DNA from: an uncultured bacterium
GTDB lineage: Bacteria; SAR324; NAC60-12
Length of the DNA: 64,000 bases
NCBI GenBank assembly: GCA_965662235.1
Contig: CBFIGY010000017.1
Coordinates: 1-64,000, forward strand
Reading direction: 5' to 3'
Numbering within the stretch: position 1 is the first letter of the stretch; every line of letters begins with the position of its first letter. Shown piece after piece: positions 38,218-50,798 of the stretch. The translations under genes were made by a program, and so were the position numbers. The notes beneath the pieces are model-generated. The model did no database searches, had not been told where the DNA came from, and worked only from the letters and a program-made list of their open reading frames with translations.

Positions 38218-40689
38218 ATGCAGGACTATCATCCCGGAGAGATTGAAGCCAAGTGGCAGCGCCACTGGGAACAAGCCGGTCAATTCACTCCCAATCTAAA
38301 TCCGGATCGCCCGAAGTTTTACATGCTGACGATGCTGCCGTATCCCTCAGGGGACCTGCACATCGGGCACTGGTACGCGATGGCACCTTCTGATGCCTAC
38401 GCTCGCTTCAAGGCGATGCAGGGGCATGAGGTGTTCTTTCCCATCGGTTTTGACGCCTTTGGGCTTCCGGCCGAAAATGCAGCGATCAAGAACAACATCC
38501 ATCCCAAGGAGTGGACCTATCAGAACATTGAGCGCATGCGTGGACAGCTTCGCTCAATGGGCAACCGGTTTGCGTGGGAGCACGAAGTCATCAGCTGCGA
38601 TCCGGACTACTACAAGTGGAGCCAGTGGTTCTTCCTCCGGATGCTGGAGAAGGGACTGGCGTACCGAGAGCACGCCCCCGTTGACTTCTGCAACCACTGT
38701 CAGACAACCCTTGCCCGGGAACAGGTTTGGGGCGAGGACCGGCTTTGTGAACGCTGCAACAACCCGGTGGTGAAGAAGGCGCTCAACCAGTGGAAGCTGC
38801 GCATCACGGATTATGCCGAGGAACTGCTTGATTTCTCAGGGCTGGAGTGGCCAGAGCGCGTTCGACTCATGCAGACCAACTGGATTGGCCGCAGCGAAGG
38901 TGCCGAGTTTGCCATTCCGGTACAGGGACACGAGGAGAGCTTCCGGGTCTTCACGACACGTCCGGACACGGTGTTTGGGATGAGCTTCTGTGTGCTTGCT
39001 CCGGAACACGAGCTGGTGGAACGCATCACGACTCCGGAACAGAAGGAGGCGGTGGACGCCTACCGTGAGCTGGCGTCACGTAAGGAAGAGATTGAGCGGA
39101 CCGCTGAAGGCAAGGAAAAGGATGGGGTGTTCACCGGTGCCTACGCCATCAATCCAATGAATGGACAGGCCGTGCCGATCTGGATTGCCGACTACGTGCT
39201 GGCGTCTTACGGAACCGGCGCAATCATGGCCGTGCCTGCTCATGACGAGCGGGACTTTGCCTTTGCCCGCAAGTATGGGCTGCCGACTCCGGTCGCCGTT
39301 GTGGAGAAGGGCACGAGCGAGGTCCCAGAAGGGGACACGCTGGAAGCGCCGCTGCTCGTCAAGGAAGAGTCGGTGATGGTCAACAGCGAAGGCTTTTCCG
39401 GGAAGGCGTGGCCAGAGAGCTTCAACGCGGTCGTGGACCAGATGGAGGGCTCCGGAATCGGGTCTCGACAGGTGAACTACCGTCTGCGGGACTGGTTGAT
39501 CAGCCGGCAGCGCATGTGGGGTACGCCGATTCCAGTGGTGTACTGCTCGCAGTGTGGGATGCAGCCGGTTCCGGATGCACAATTGCCCGTCACCCTTCCT
39601 GACGACGCCGAGTTCAAGCCCACCGGTGAGAGCCCGCTGAAGCACCATCAGGGCTTCCTGCAGACGACGTGTCCGCAGTGTCAAGGGCCTGCGGAGCGTG
39701 AGACGGACACGATGGACACCTTCATCTGCTCCTCTTGGTACTACTACGCCTACCTCTTCCCCTACTGGAAGAAAGGAGAGACGCTCCAGGCCGACAGCAT
39801 TCCTTGGGATCCGGAGGTGATGGAACGCTGGGCACCTGTGGATCAGTACACCGGAGGCATTGAGCATGCGACGATGCACCTGCTTTACTTCCGGTTTTAC
39901 ACGAAGGTTCTGGCGGATCTGGGACTGCTGAAGTTCCGGGAGCCTGCGCTGCGTCTCTACAATCAGGGCATGATCCTTGGTGAGGACCACGAAAAGATGT
40001 CCAAGAGTCGCGGCAATGTGGTCAATCCGGATGAACTGGTGCAGAAGCATGGGGCGGACACGGTCCGGACCTACCTGATGTTCCTGGGACCGTGGGATGC
40101 CGGAGCGCCGTGGAATCCACAGGGCATCGAAGGCGCTGCTCGCTTTTTGAAAGCGGTGTGGACGCTGGCGCATCAGGCTCTGCCTGAGGAAGCGGGGGAT
40201 CCGGAGGTGGAGAAAAAAGTCCGCCGGACTCTGCACCAGACCATTCAAAAGGTCACGGAGGACCTGGCTGATTTCCGTTTCAACACCGCAATTGCTGCGA
40301 TGATGAGCTTCCGGAATGCGCTGAAGGCGGAGGGCATTGGTCGGGATCTGATGGTGGAATCGTTGCAAGCGTTGCTGAGGCTGCTGGCTCCGATTGCTCC
40401 ACATTTGACCGAAGAGCTGTGGCAGGGACTGGCTCCGGAGAGCGGGAGCGTGCACGAGCAGCCCTGGCCGGTCTATGAGGCGGCGTTGACCCAAGAAGAG
40501 GAAATCACGATTGCCATTCAGGTCAATGGCAAGGTCCGGGAGCGGCTGGAGGTTTCCGCCAGTCTCTCTCAAGAAGAGCTGGAACAACAGGCGCTTCAGG
40601 CTCCCAAGCTTCAAGCCTACCTAGAGGGGAAAACGGTGCGTCGGGTGATCGTCGTTCCGGGACGTCTCGTCAATATTGTGGTGAGCTAA
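38218..40689 (+). CDS. leuS: Leucine--tRNA ligase
   Basis: PYPSGDLHIGH, FTTRPDT editing domain, DWLISRQR, KMSKS. Confidence 0.97.
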   Translation: MQDYHPGEIEAKWQRHWEQAGQFTPNLNPDRPKFYMLTMLPYPSGDLHIGHWYAMAPSDAYARFKAMQGHEVFFPIGFDAFGLPAENAAIKNNIHPKEWTYQNIERMRGQLRSMGNRFAWEHEVISCDPDYYKWSQWFFLRMLEKGLAYREHAPVDFCNHCQTTLAREQVWGEDRLCERCNNPVVKKALNQWKLRITDYAEELLDFSGLEWPERVRLMQTNWIGRSEGAEFAIPVQGHEESFRVFTTRPDTVFGMSFCVLAPEHELVERITTPEQKEAVDAYRELASRKEEIERTAEGKEKDGVFTGAYAINPMNGQAVPIWIADYVLASYGTGAIMAVPAHDERDFAFARKYGLPTPVAVVEKGTSEVPEGDTLEAPLLVKEESVMVNSEGFSGKAWPESFNAVVDQMEGSGIGSRQVNYRLRDWLISRQRMWGTPIPVVYCSQCGMQPVPDAQLPVTLPDDAEFKPTGESPLKHHQGFLQTTCPQCQGPAERETDTMDTFICSSWYYYAYLFPYWKKGETLQADSIPWDPEVMERWAPVDQYTGGIEHATMHLLYFRFYTKVLADLGLLKFREPALRLYNQGMILGEDHEKMSKSRGNVVNPDELVQKHGADTVRTYLMFLGPWDAGAPWNPQGIEGAARFLKAVWTLAHQALPEEAGDPEVEKKVRRTLHQTIQKVTEDLADFRFNTAIAAMMSFRNALKAEGIGRDLMVESLQALLRLLAPIAPHLTEELWQGLAPESGSVHEQPWPVYEAALTQEEEITIAIQVNGKVRERLEVSASLSQEELEQQALQAPKLQAYLEGKTVRRVIVVPGRLVNIVVS

Positions 40690-40708
40690 AATCAATTGTG
40701 TTTTTCGG

Positions 40709-40737
40709 TTGACCCGTCTCAGCTGAGGTGCTAGGAT
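40709..40737 (+). promoter_or_regulatory. Sigma70 promoter of the str operon
   Basis: TTGACC-N17-TAGGAT with extended TG. Confidence 0.65.
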
Positions 40738-40787
40738 TGCTGTTTGCTTATTTGTAGGTTGCTACCACTGAAAGATTTTTTCGCAAC

Positions 40788-41638
<851 letters not shown>

Positions 41639-41655
41639 TCGGCGAAACACGCGCA

Positions 41656-43746
41656 ATGCAGCCTGCTCCCCAAAACTGGCGAAACCTCGGCATCATGGCT
41701 CACATTGATGCGGGGAAGACGACGACGACCGAACGCATCCTCTACTACACGGGGCGGATCTACAAGATCGGAGAGGTCAACGACGGCTCTGCCACAATGG
41801 ACTGGATGGAGCAGGAGCAGGAACGCGGCATTACGATTACCTCTGCCGCCACCACCTGTTTGTGGCAGCACGGAGGAGAGGAGTACTACTTCAAGATCAT
41901 CGATACCCCCGGGCACGTTGATTTTACAGTTGAGGTGGAGCGCTCCCTGAGGGTTTTGGACGGAGCCGTTATGGTTCTGTGCGGAGTCGCTGGAGTTCAG
42001 CCCCAAACCGAAACAGTCTGGCGACAGGCGCAGCGGTACAAGGTTCCGTGCATCGCCTTCGTTAACAAGATGGATCGGGCCGGAGCCAACTTTGACGCAG
42101 TGGTCACTTCGATGAAGGACCGCTTGGCCGCCAACCCGATTCCGATCCAGATGCCGATTGGCGCAGAGGATCGGTTCATTGGGATGATCGACCTCGTGAG
42201 CATGGAGGCGATCTTCTACGACAAGGACTCCACCGGAGCAACGTTCGAAAAGCGAGCGATTCCGGAAGAGATGCTGGAAGAAGCACAGCAGTGGCGCTCC
42301 AGCATGCTGGATCAGCTGACGCTCTTTGATGACGAGCTGATGGAGAAGCTTCTGGAAGAACAGGAGCCAACGGTCGCAGAAATCATGGGCGCGCTTCGGA
42401 AAGCCACCATCAGTGCAGAAGCGATTCCGGTCCTGTGCGGAAGCGCTTTCAAGAACAAAGGCGTGCAACAGCTGATGGACGCAATTGCTCAGTGTTTGCC
42501 GTCTCCGATGGACGTGCCTCCGATTCGAGGAGAGCATCCGGAGACTCAAGAAGCACTGCTTCGGCATTCAGATCCCACTGAGCCCTTGTGTGCATTAGCT
42601 TTTAAGATCGCCTCAGACCCCTTCGCCGGACAATTGACGTTTGTCCGCGTTTATTCCGGAGTGCTGGAAAGTGGCAAAGCCGCCTACGTGACCCGGAAAC
42701 GCAAGCATGAGCGGGTTGGCCAGATCTTTAAGATGCATGCCAACAAGCGAGAAGACGTTGCATGCTTGGAGGCTGGAGACATTGGCGCCGTTGTGGGCAT
42801 GAGCTTGGTCACCGGAGACACGCTCTGCACCAAGGATCACCCGATTGTACTGGAACCCACACAGTTCCCAGAGCCGGTGATTGATCTGGCGCTGGAGCCG
42901 AAGACGAAAGCCGACCAAGACAAGCTGGAACAGGCTTTGGAGCGGCTGAGTCAGGAAGATCCTTCCTTCCGGCACCGCATCGACAAGGAGACGGGGCAGA
43001 TCCTGATCTCTGGAATGGGGGAGCTTCACTTGGAAGTTGTTGTCGATCGACTTCAGCGGGAGTTCCGAGTCGCCTGCAAGGCTGGAAAGCCGCGGGTGGC
43101 CTACCGCGAAGCGGTCACAACTTCTGCAGAAGCAGAAGCCCGTTTCGATCGGGTGCTTGACGGAAAAGAACGCTTTGCCGCCTGCACGTTGCAGGTCAAA
43201 CCGAGCGAGCCCGGAGCCGGTTTCCAGTTTCATAGCCTGCTGAAGCCGAGTGTGCTTCCGGAAGAATACGCTGAAGCGGTCAAGCGCGGAGTGCAGATGG
43301 GGCTGAGCAACGGTGTTCTGGCCGGTTACCCCGTCATTGATGTCACCGCCACTCTGGTTGCCGGTGAGCACCGTGAGACGTCAACCGCCGAAGCATTTGA
43401 GATTGTCGCCAATGCCGCTTTACGCGACGCGTTGGTGCAAGCACATCCGACTCTGATGGAACCCTCCATGCGGGTTGAAGTCGTGGTCCCTCAGGAGTTC
43501 ATGGGGGACGTGATTGGGGACTTCAACTCCAGAGGCGGACGAGTTCGAGGCATGGAAGAACGCTCCGGGATTCAGGTAGTCAATGGGGAGGCTCCCCTGG
43601 CGAAAATGTTCGGATACGCAACCGAGCTTCGATCAATGACGCAAGGAAGAGCTTCTTACACCATGCGCTTCAGTCATTACACCCCCGTTGCTGCAACGGG
43701 GCAGGCCAGTTCGTCAGGTTATTCGGCTATGGCCGTTGACACTTGA
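41656..43746 (+). CDS. fusA: Elongation factor G, divergent (EF-G2-like)
   Basis: [34 protein letters not shown]; domain IV loops non-canonical. Confidence 0.92.
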   Translation: MQPAPQNWRNLGIMAHIDAGKTTTTERILYYTGRIYKIGEVNDGSATMDWMEQEQERGITITSAATTCLWQHGGEEYYFKIIDTPGHVDFTVEVERSLRVLDGAVMVLCGVAGVQPQTETVWRQAQRYKVPCIAFVNKMDRAGANFDAVVTSMKDRLAANPIPIQMPIGAEDRFIGMIDLVSMEAIFYDKDSTGATFEKRAIPEEMLEEAQQWRSSMLDQLTLFDDELMEKLLEEQEPTVAEIMGALRKATISAEAIPVLCGSAFKNKGVQQLMDAIAQCLPSPMDVPPIRGEHPETQEALLRHSDPTEPLCALAFKIASDPFAGQLTFVRVYSGVLESGKAAYVTRKRKHERVGQIFKMHANKREDVACLEAGDIGAVVGMSLVTGDTLCTKDHPIVLEPTQFPEPVIDLALEPKTKADQDKLEQALERLSQEDPSFRHRIDKETGQILISGMGELHLEVVVDRLQREFRVACKAGKPRVAYREAVTTSAEAEARFDRVLDGKERFAACTLQVKPSEPGAGFQFHSLLKPSVLPEEYAEAVKRGVQMGLSNGVLAGYPVIDVTATLVAGEHRETSTAEAFEIVANAALRDALVQAHPTLMEPSMRVEVVVPQEFMGDVIGDFNSRGGRVRGMEERSGIQVVNGEAPLAKMFGYATELRSMTQGRASYTMRFSHYTPVAATGQASSSGYSAMAVDT

Positions 43747-43817
43747 GTCCCTGATTTTAACCGTTGCCACGTGCAACAACTACTTGGTAGCAACATTCCT
43801 TCAGTAAAGGAGTATCA

Positions 43818-45017
43818 ATGGCACGAGAGAAGTTTGAGCGCTCCAAGCCTCACGTAAACATCGGAACAGTTGGTCACGTGGACCACGGGAAAACCACCCT
43901 GACGGCTGCAATCAGTAAGGTCCTGTCCATGAAGGGCTTCGCAGAAGCTCGGGACTATGGCGACATCGACGCGGCTCCGGAAGAGCGTGAGCGCGGAATC
44001 ACCATCGCCACGGCCCACATTGAGTACCAAACGGAATCCCGGCACTACGCCCACGTTGACTGCCCCGGACACGCCGACTACGTGAAGAACATGATCACCG
44101 GTGCGGCCCAGATGGACGGCGGCATCCTGGTGGTGTCTGCTGCCGACGGCCCCATGCCCCAGACCCGTGAGCACATCCTGCTCGCCCGTCAGGTCAACGT
44201 TCCGTACCTCGTGGTCTTCATGAATAAAGTGGACCAAGTAGACGACGAAGAGCTTTTGGAGCTGGTGGAAATGGAAGTGCGCGAGTTGCTGAGCAGCTAC
44301 GACTTCCCGGGAGACGACATTCCGATCATCAAGGGATCCGCTCTGGCCGCTACCGAAAGCACCTCCACGGACATCAATGATCCTGCCTTCGCCCCGATTC
44401 TGGAGCTGATGGACGCAGTGGACAGCTACATTCCGGAGCCGGAGCGTGCACTTGACAAGCCGCTGCTGATGTCGGTGGAAGACGTGTTCACGATCTCGGG
44501 TCGTGGAACCGTGGCCACTGGACGGATCGAGCGTGGCATCGTCAAGACGGGTGAGGAAGTGGAAATCACCGGAATGCGTGACACCACCAAGACCACCGTC
44601 ACGGGAGTGGAGATGTTCCGCAAGACTCTGGACGAAGGCCGAGCTGGTGACAACGTCGGACTGCTGCTTCGCGGTCTGAAGCGTGACGAGATTGAGCGCG
44701 GACAGGTGATCTGCAAGCCCGGATCCATCACCCCGCACACCGAGTTCAAGGCTCAGGTGTACGTGTTGACGAAAGACGAAGGTGGACGGCACACCCCGTT
44801 CTTCACGAACTACCGCCCGCAGTTCTACTTCCGCACCACCGACGTGACCGGCGTGGTTCACCTTCCGGAAGGTGTGGAAATGGTGATGCCTGGTGACAAC
44901 GTGGAGATCAACGTGCAACTGATCACCCCCATTGCTTTGGAAAAAGAAGTGCGCTTCGCAATCCGCGAAGGTGGACGCACGATTGGTTCCGGAGTGGTCA
45001 CCGAAATTTTGAAGTAA
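43818..45017 (+). CDS. tuf: Elongation factor Tu
   Basis: [36 protein letters not shown]. Confidence 0.99.
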   Translation: MAREKFERSKPHVNIGTVGHVDHGKTTLTAAISKVLSMKGFAEARDYGDIDAAPEERERGITIATAHIEYQTESRHYAHVDCPGHADYVKNMITGAAQMDGGILVVSAADGPMPQTREHILLARQVNVPYLVVFMNKVDQVDDEELLELVEMEVRELLSSYDFPGDDIPIIKGSALAATESTSTDINDPAFAPILELMDAVDSYIPEPERALDKPLLMSVEDVFTISGRGTVATGRIERGIVKTGEEVEITGMRDTTKTTVTGVEMFRKTLDEGRAGDNVGLLLRGLKRDEIERGQVICKPGSITPHTEFKAQVYVLTKDEGGRHTPFFTNYRPQFYFRTTDVTGVVHLPEGVEMVMPGDNVEINVQLITPIALEKEVRFAIREGGRTIGSGVVTEILK

Positions 45018-45035
45018 GAGACGCTGGAGTCCTAG

Positions 45036-45347
45036 ATGGAGCAGAAAATAAAAGTTCGGTTCAAAGCCTACGATGACAAGCTGTTGGACCAAACCGTGTC
45101 TGAGATTGCACACACGGTGCGGCGAACAGGAGCCGAAATTGTTGGCCCAATTCCCCTACCAACGCGCATCAGTCGGTACACGGTTTTGCGTTCTCCTCAC
45201 GTGGATAAGAAGTCCCGCGAGCAGTTTGAGGTCCGAACTCACAAGCGTTTGCTCTACATCAAGGACGCCACCGCTCAGACCATGGACGCTCTGATGCGTC
45301 TCGACGTTTCGGCGGGGGTCGACATCGCCATTAAACAGGAAGAGTAA
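45036..45347 (+). CDS. rpsJ: 30S ribosomal protein S10
   Basis: [21 protein letters not shown]. Confidence 0.99.
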   Translation: MEQKIKVRFKAYDDKLLDQTVSEIAHTVRRTGAEIVGPIPLPTRISRYTVLRSPHVDKKSREQFEVRTHKRLLYIKDATAQTMDALMRLDVSAGVDIAIKQEE

Positions 45348-45375
45348 GATTCCCGTCGATTAAAGGAAGCCCGCA

Positions 45376-45999
45376 ATGGCAAAGCTCCAAACACTGAGTT
45401 TAGAAAATCAACCGGTCGGGGAAATTGAGATCGACGATCAGATCGTTGAGACCCCGTACCACCCGACTTCGGTCAAAGACACGGTGCTCCAGTTCATGGC
45501 GAATCAACGCCAAGGCACGCACTCGACCAAGGACCGCGGAGAAGTTTCCTACAGCACCCGTAAGCTGTACCGTCAGAAGGGAACCGGAAACGCTCGGGCC
45601 GGTAGTGCCAAGTCTCCCATCCGTCGACACGGTGGAGTGGTCTTTGGCCCGAAGCCCCGGGAGTACCGCTTCAAGCTGAACAAGAAGGTCCGCTCCCTGG
45701 CGCTGCGGTCGCTGTTTGCCGAGAAGTTGCGTCACGAGCAGATCCTAGTGGTGGAAAGCCTCGACCTAGCGGATCACAAGACCAAGAACTTCAAGGCGCT
45801 GCTGGACAAGTTTCAGGCAGAGAAGTGCCTGATTGTGGTCGATGAGCTTCCGGAGAACCTGGTCCGTGCATCACGCAACCTGCAGAACGTTCATGTGCTC
45901 TCTCATCGCAGCTTGAACGTCTATGAAATGATGCGCTTCCCCAAGGTGATCTTTGTGAAGAGCGCTTTGGAAGCACTGAAAGAAAGGCTGGCGAAATGA
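45376..45999 (+). CDS. rplD: 50S ribosomal protein L4
   Basis: RQGTHSTK, RQKGTGNARAG, GGVVFGPKPR. Confidence 0.98.
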   Translation: MAKLQTLSLENQPVGEIEIDDQIVETPYHPTSVKDTVLQFMANQRQGTHSTKDRGEVSYSTRKLYRQKGTGNARAGSAKSPIRRHGGVVFGPKPREYRFKLNKKVRSLALRSLFAEKLRHEQILVVESLDLADHKTKNFKALLDKFQAEKCLIVVDELPENLVRASRNLQNVHVLSHRSLNVYEMMRFPKVIFVKSALEALKERLAK

Positions 46000-46283
46000 A
46001 CATTTACGACGTGCTCCGGGCACCCCTGATGACGGAGAAGTCCATGATGCTCCGGGAAGAGGGAAACAAGTATGTGTTCCGTGTTCATCCGGACGCCAAC
46101 AAGTACCAGATCAAGCAGGCCGTTGAGACGGCGTTCAAGGTGAAAGTGGAAAAGATCAACACCATGAACGTGACCGGCAAGAAGAAGCGCTTGGGACGGT
46201 ATCAGGGAAAGAAATCGAACTGGAAAAAAGCAGTGATTACTCTGCCTGAAGGTCAGAGCATTGAATATTTTGAAGGCGCATAA
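45996..46283 (+). CDS. rplW: 50S ribosomal protein L23
   Basis: [22 protein letters not shown]. Confidence 0.98.
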   Translation: MNIYDVLRAPLMTEKSMMLREEGNKYVFRVHPDANKYQIKQAVETAFKVKVEKINTMNVTGKKKRLGRYQGKKSNWKKAVITLPEGQSIEYFEGA

Positions 46284-46291
46284 GAGGAATC

Positions 46292-47113
46292 ATGCCAGTT
46301 AAGAATTACAAACCCACCTCGCCGGGACGCCGCAACATGAGCGTCCTGACCTTTGACGAGATCACAACGGATACGCCAGAGAAGAGTCTGCTGGCGCCGA
46401 TGAAGCGCAAGGGGGGACGCAACAACTTTGGGCGGATCACGACGCGTCACCACGGAGGTGGACACAAGCGACGTTACCGCATCATTGACTTCAAGCGGAA
46501 CAAGTTCGACATTCCGGCCAAGGTGGCTTCCATTGAATACGATCCGAACCGGAGTGCCCGCATTTCGTTGCTGCACTACGCAGACGGTGAGAAGCGCTAC
46601 ATCCTGACGCCTCAGGGAATGAAGGTGGGTGACCAGATCCTGTCCTCAGGAAAAACGGTTGACATCAAGCCTGGCAACGCCATGCCGCTGAAGAACATTC
46701 CCGTTGGCACGACCCTCCACAACGTGGAGCTGAAGCCTGGCAAAGGGGGGCAGATGGCCCGCTCGGCTGGTTCCAGTGCTCAACTGGTGGGACGTGACGA
46801 GAATTACGCTCAGCTGAAGCTGCGGTCCGGAGTGATTCGCCGGGTCCGTGTGGAATGTTTGGCCACCATCGGGGTGGTGGGCAACGCCGATCACATGAAC
46901 GTGAGCCTCGGAAAAGCCGGACGCGCTCGCTGGAAAGGGGTTCGCCCGACGGTTCGTGGTGTCGCCATGAACCCGGTGGATCACCCGCATGGTGGTGGTG
47001 AGGGGCGCACGTCAGGTGGCCGACACCCGGTGACCCCGTGGGGTAAGCCGACCAAAGGGGCCAAGACCCGTAAGCGTAAAGACACTGACAAGTACATCAT
47101 CAAGAAAAGGTAA
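46292..47113 (+). CDS. rplB: 50S ribosomal protein L2
   Basis: [25 protein letters not shown]. Confidence 0.99.
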   Translation: MPVKNYKPTSPGRRNMSVLTFDEITTDTPEKSLLAPMKRKGGRNNFGRITTRHHGGGHKRRYRIIDFKRNKFDIPAKVASIEYDPNRSARISLLHYADGEKRYILTPQGMKVGDQILSSGKTVDIKPGNAMPLKNIPVGTTLHNVELKPGKGGQMARSAGSSAQLVGRDENYAQLKLRSGVIRRVRVECLATIGVVGNADHMNVSLGKAGRARWKGVRPTVRGVAMNPVDHPHGGGEGRTSGGRHPVTPWGKPTKGAKTRKRKDTDKYIIKKR

Positions 47114-47116
47114 GCT

Positions 47117-47395
47117 GTGCCACGATCCGTAAAAAAAGGTCCCTTCGTCGACGAACACCTTGAGAAAAAAGTCCTCGCTGCCAAGCAGAGTGGAGATCGT
47201 AAGCTGATCAAGACCTGGTCTCGGCGTTCAGTGATCCTTCCTGACTTCGTTGGTGTCAACATTGCGATTCACAACGGGAACAAGTTCATCCCCGTGTTCA
47301 TTACTGAAGAAATGGTCGGTTACAAGTTGGGCGAATTTGCTCCAACCCGGACCTACCGCGGTCACGAAAATAAAAACGATAAGCGTTCCAGGTAA
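47117..47395 (+). CDS. rpsS: 30S ribosomal protein S19
   Basis: [24 protein letters not shown]. Confidence 0.99.
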   Translation: MPRSVKKGPFVDEHLEKKVLAAKQSGDRKLIKTWSRRSVILPDFVGVNIAIHNGNKFIPVFITEEMVGYKLGEFAPTRTYRGHENKNDKRSR

Positions 47396-47400
47396 GAAGC

Positions 47401-47730
47401 ATGAGTTCAGCTACCGCACGAAACGTCCGGATCTCTCCTCGCAAGGCGCGCCTGGTGGTCGATGCAATCCGAGGCCTGAGCGTGCCCATGGCACTGGCTC
47501 GGTTGAGCAACCTCCCCCACAAGGGAGCCCGGGACGTGATCAAGGTTCTCAAGTCCGCCCTGGCCAATGCCGATCAGCAGAACTCCTCTGTCGATGTGGA
47601 CAGCCTGCAAGTGGTCCTGGCTTATGTGGATGAAGGACCAACCCTGAAGCGCTTCCGCCCTCGGGCCATGGGACGCGCATATCCGATTCGCAAACGAACG
47701 AGCCACATCACTGTGGTGGTGGGCGAGTAA
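47401..47730 (+). CDS. rplV: 50S ribosomal protein L22
   Basis: [23 protein letters not shown]. Confidence 0.98.
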   Translation: MSSATARNVRISPRKARLVVDAIRGLSVPMALARLSNLPHKGARDVIKVLKSALANADQQNSSVDVDSLQVVLAYVDEGPTLKRFRPRAMGRAYPIRKRTSHITVVVGE

Positions 47731-47751
47731 CATTTCACTTAGGAACTCAAC

Positions 47752-48411
47752 GTGGGCCAGAAAGTCAATCCGATCGGACTCCGAGTAGGCATTTCCAAAC
47801 CGTGGGCTTCCACTTGGTTTGCTGAGCGTGACTACGCGACGCAACTCAAGGAGGACATGGAAATCCGCAATTACGTCAAGAATCGCCTGCGGCATGCAGC
47901 GATCTCCAAGATTGAAATCGAGCGCACGGCAAAGAAGACCAAGGTCAACATCTTCTCCGCTCGTCCCGGGATCATCATTGGTCGCAAGGGAGACGAGGTG
48001 GAGCGTCTGAAAGCCGAGCTGGCCAAGCGTTCTGAGGGTGAAATCGTTGTCAACATCAAGGAAATCAAGCGTCCTGAGATTGATGCGACCTTGATTGCGG
48101 AGAACATTGCAAACCAGCTGGAGCGCCGGATTGCGTATCGCCGGGCCATGCGTCGGGCCATGAGCTCTGCCATGCGGATGAACATTGCCGGCTGCAAGAT
48201 GATGGTGGCTGGTCGCCTCAATGGGGCTGAAATTGCCCGGACCGAGTGGATCCGGGAAGGTCAGGTCCGCCTGCACACGCTGCGGGCCGACATTGATTAC
48301 GGAGTGGCTGAGGCGCATACGACCTATGGTGTCATCGGCGTAAAAGTTTGGGTGTATCGCGGAGAGAACTTCGAGAAGAACCGCACCCGTCGAGCCAGAA
48401 GAAAGGACTGA
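47752..48411 (+). CDS. rpsC: 30S ribosomal protein S3
   Basis: [25 protein letters not shown]. Confidence 0.99.
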   Translation: MGQKVNPIGLRVGISKPWASTWFAERDYATQLKEDMEIRNYVKNRLRHAAISKIEIERTAKKTKVNIFSARPGIIIGRKGDEVERLKAELAKRSEGEIVVNIKEIKRPEIDATLIAENIANQLERRIAYRRAMRRAMSSAMRMNIAGCKMMVAGRLNGAEIARTEWIREGQVRLHTLRADIDYGVAEAHTTYGVIGVKVWVYRGENFEKNRTRRARRKD

Positions 48412-48417
48412 TTCATC

Positions 48418-48834
48418 ATGTTGATGCCCAAACGGACAAAGTTCCGCAAGCAGATGCGTGGCCGCATGAGCAATGATGCTCAAAGCGGTAACTATATCAG
48501 CTTCGGGTCCATTGGACTCCAAGCAGTGGAGAGTGGCTACATCACCACCCGTCAGATTGAAGCGGCACGGCGTGTGATCTCCCGAGCGATGAAACGGAGC
48601 GGAAAGACCTGGATCCGCATTTTCCCAGACAAGCCCGTGACGCGGAAGCCTGCGGAAGTCCGGATGGGCAAGGGCAAGGGCTCTGTGGACACCTGGGTGG
48701 CACCGATTCATCCGGGACGCATCCTTTATGAGATCGATGGGGTACAAGAAGAGGTTGCAGAAGAGGCCCTGCGCCTAGCAGCTTACAAGCTTCCCATCAA
48801 AACACGAATCGTGAAACGGGCAGCTGTCATATGA
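48418..48834 (+). CDS. rplP: 50S ribosomal protein L16
   Basis: [18 protein letters not shown]. Confidence 0.99.
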   Translation: MLMPKRTKFRKQMRGRMSNDAQSGNYISFGSIGLQAVESGYITTRQIEAARRVISRAMKRSGKTWIRIFPDKPVTRKPAEVRMGKGKGSVDTWVAPIHPGRILYEIDGVQEEVAEEALRLAAYKLPIKTRIVKRAAVI

Positions 48835-49037
48835 AAGCTTCAGAACTCCGGGCACTCTCGGTTGAGGAACTCACACAGAAGCGAGATGAGTTCAAGGAAG
48901 AGCACCTCCGTTTGCGTTGCAACAATGCTTTGAAGCAGCTGCAGGATGTGCAGATGCTCAAGAAGCGCCGGCGCGATATTGCCCGAATCAATACCATCCT
49001 GGGTGAAAAGCAGGCCCAGGCGTCAACAATTTCGTGA
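48831..49037 (+). CDS. rpmC: 50S ribosomal protein L29
   Basis: [16 protein letters not shown]; position in cluster. Confidence 0.95.
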   Translation: MKASELRALSVEELTQKRDEFKEEHLRLRCNNALKQLQDVQMLKKRRRDIARINTILGEKQAQASTIS

Positions 49038-49049
49038 CCGTAGGCGAGC

Positions 49050-49304
49050 ATGCAGAAGTTAAAGATCAAGCGTGGGGTCGTCGTTAGCGACAAGATGGAC
49101 AAGTCCATTGTGGTTGCTGTAGAAACGAAAGCCAAGCACCCCCTTTACAAGAAGACGATCAAGCACACGAAGAAGTACACGGCCCATGATGAGGCCAACG
49201 AGTGTCAGATCGGAGATTTGGTGGAAATTGCTGAGTGCCGGCCCCTGAGCAAGCACAAACGGTTCCGGCTGATCAAGCGCAATGACGGAAAGGCGGGGCA
49301 ATGA
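49050..49304 (+). CDS. rpsQ: 30S ribosomal protein S17
   Basis: [24 protein letters not shown]. Confidence 0.98.
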   Translation: MQKLKIKRGVVVSDKMDKSIVVAVETKAKHPLYKKTIKHTKKYTAHDEANECQIGDLVEIAECRPLSKHKRFRLIKRNDGKAGQ

Positions 49305-49669
49305 TTCAGACACAGACTCGATTGGAAGTCGCCGATAACTCGGGGGCAAAGAGCATCATGTGCATCAAGGTGCTGGGAGGATCCCGGCGTCGTTATGCCC
49401 GAGTAGGTGACATCATTGTGGCTTCTGTCAAGAGCGCGCTGCCCAACTCCAAGGTCAAGCCTGGAGACGTGGTGAAGGCTGTGGTGGTTCGGACCAAAAA
49501 GGAGTACCGCCGTGCCGATGGCACACACATCCGCTTTGATAAGAATGCGGCCGTGGTCATTGACAACAAACGAGAGCCTGTAGGAACCCGAATTTTTGGA
49601 CCCGTTGCCCGAGAGCTGCGCACAGGAAAGTTCATGCGGATTCTTTCGCTGGCCCCTGAAGTACTGTAA
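49301..49669 (+). CDS. rplN: 50S ribosomal protein L14
   Basis: [19 protein letters not shown]. Confidence 0.99.
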   Translation: MIQTQTRLEVADNSGAKSIMCIKVLGGSRRRYARVGDIIVASVKSALPNSKVKPGDVVKAVVVRTKKEYRRADGTHIRFDKNAAVVIDNKREPVGTRIFGPVARELRTGKFMRILSLAPEVL

Positions 49670-49678
49670 GGAAAGACG

Positions 49679-50029
49679 ATGTCTACGAAGAAAACGAACC
49701 AACGCCGCAAGCGCGTTGCGAGAATCAAGCGAGGCGACACGGTGATCGTCATTTCCGGCAAGGAAAAGGGCTCCACCGGCAAGGTGCTGCTCGTTGACTG
49801 GAAGAACGAACGTGTCTTGGTTGAGGGGGTCAATATGGTGACCAAGCACGTCAAGCCTAATCCCCAGAATCAAGACGGCGGTCGGATTCAGCAAGAAGCC
49901 CCGCTTCATTATTCCAACATCCAGCTGTACAACGCCTCCCTGGAGCGAGGGGTTCGCTTCCGTACCGTCAAGACGGACTCCGGTGAGAAGCAGCGGATTT
50001 GTGTCAAGACCTCAGAAGTACTGGGTTGA
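49679..50029 (+). CDS. rplX: 50S ribosomal protein L24
   Basis: [16 protein letters not shown] motif, EAPLHYSN. Confidence 0.97.
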   Translation: MSTKKTNQRRKRVARIKRGDTVIVISGKEKGSTGKVLLVDWKNERVLVEGVNMVTKHVKPNPQNQDGGRIQQEAPLHYSNIQLYNASLERGVRFRTVKTDSGEKQRICVKTSEVLG

Positions 50030-50030
50030 A

Positions 50031-50576
50031 ATGCAAGATAGCCATCTATACCAAACCTATCAAACGACCACCGTTCCCAAGCTGAAGGAGCGGTTTGCCT
50101 ACGCAAACCCGCACCAGATTCCGGGCTTGGTCAAAGTGACCCTGAACATCGGTTTGGGCGAAGCGGTGCAGAATCCGAAGGTGATTGATGCCGCGGTGGA
50201 GCAACTGGCCCAGATTTCAGGACAGAAGCCTGTGGTGACTCGCGCCAAGAAGTCGATCGCTGGTTTCAAGCTCCGGGAAGGCATGCCCATCGGCTGCATG
50301 GTCACCCTGCGCAGCCAACGGATGTGGAATTTCCTAGACAAGCTCATTCACGTCGCGCTTCCTCGTGTCCGGGACTTCCGGGGCATCTCGCCTCGGGCCT
50401 TTGATGGACGGGGAAATTATTCGATGGGCCTGAAGGAGCAGCTGATCTTCCCGGAAATTGACTTTGACAAGATTGATGCCGTCCGGGGACTCAACATCGC
50501 GATCAACACTACTGCGAAATCCGACGAAGAAAGTTTTGCGTTGCTGGAATCGCTCGGGTTTCCTTTCCGAAAGTAA
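50031..50576 (+). CDS. rplE: 50S ribosomal protein L5
   Basis: [32 protein letters not shown] 50031. Confidence 0.98.
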   Translation: MQDSHLYQTYQTTTVPKLKERFAYANPHQIPGLVKVTLNIGLGEAVQNPKVIDAAVEQLAQISGQKPVVTRAKKSIAGFKLREGMPIGCMVTLRSQRMWNFLDKLIHVALPRVRDFRGISPRAFDGRGNYSMGLKEQLIFPEIDFDKIDAVRGLNIAINTTAKSDEESFALLESLGFPFRK

Positions 50577-50580
50577 GACC

Positions 50581-50766
50581 ATGGCCAAGAAATCAATGAT
50601 TGCCAAGGCGGCCCGAAAGCCGAAGTTTGAGGTTCGGGTCCATAACCGCTGCAACTACTGTGGCCGTCCCCGTGGGTACCTGCGCAAGTTCGGCATGTGC
50701 CGCGTCTGTTTCCGTCAGAAGGCCAGCTTTGGCTTGCTGCCGGGCGTGACCAAGGCCAGTTGGTGA
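50581..50766 (+). CDS. rpsN: 30S ribosomal protein S14, Zn-binding type Z
   Basis: 61 aa; RCNYCGRPR...MCRVCFR. Confidence 0.97.
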   Translation: MAKKSMIAKAARKPKFEVRVHNRCNYCGRPRGYLRKFGMCRVCFRQKASFGLLPGVTKASW

Positions 50767-50798
50767 ACACCCATTATTCAGTAAGATAAGGTTCTCCT

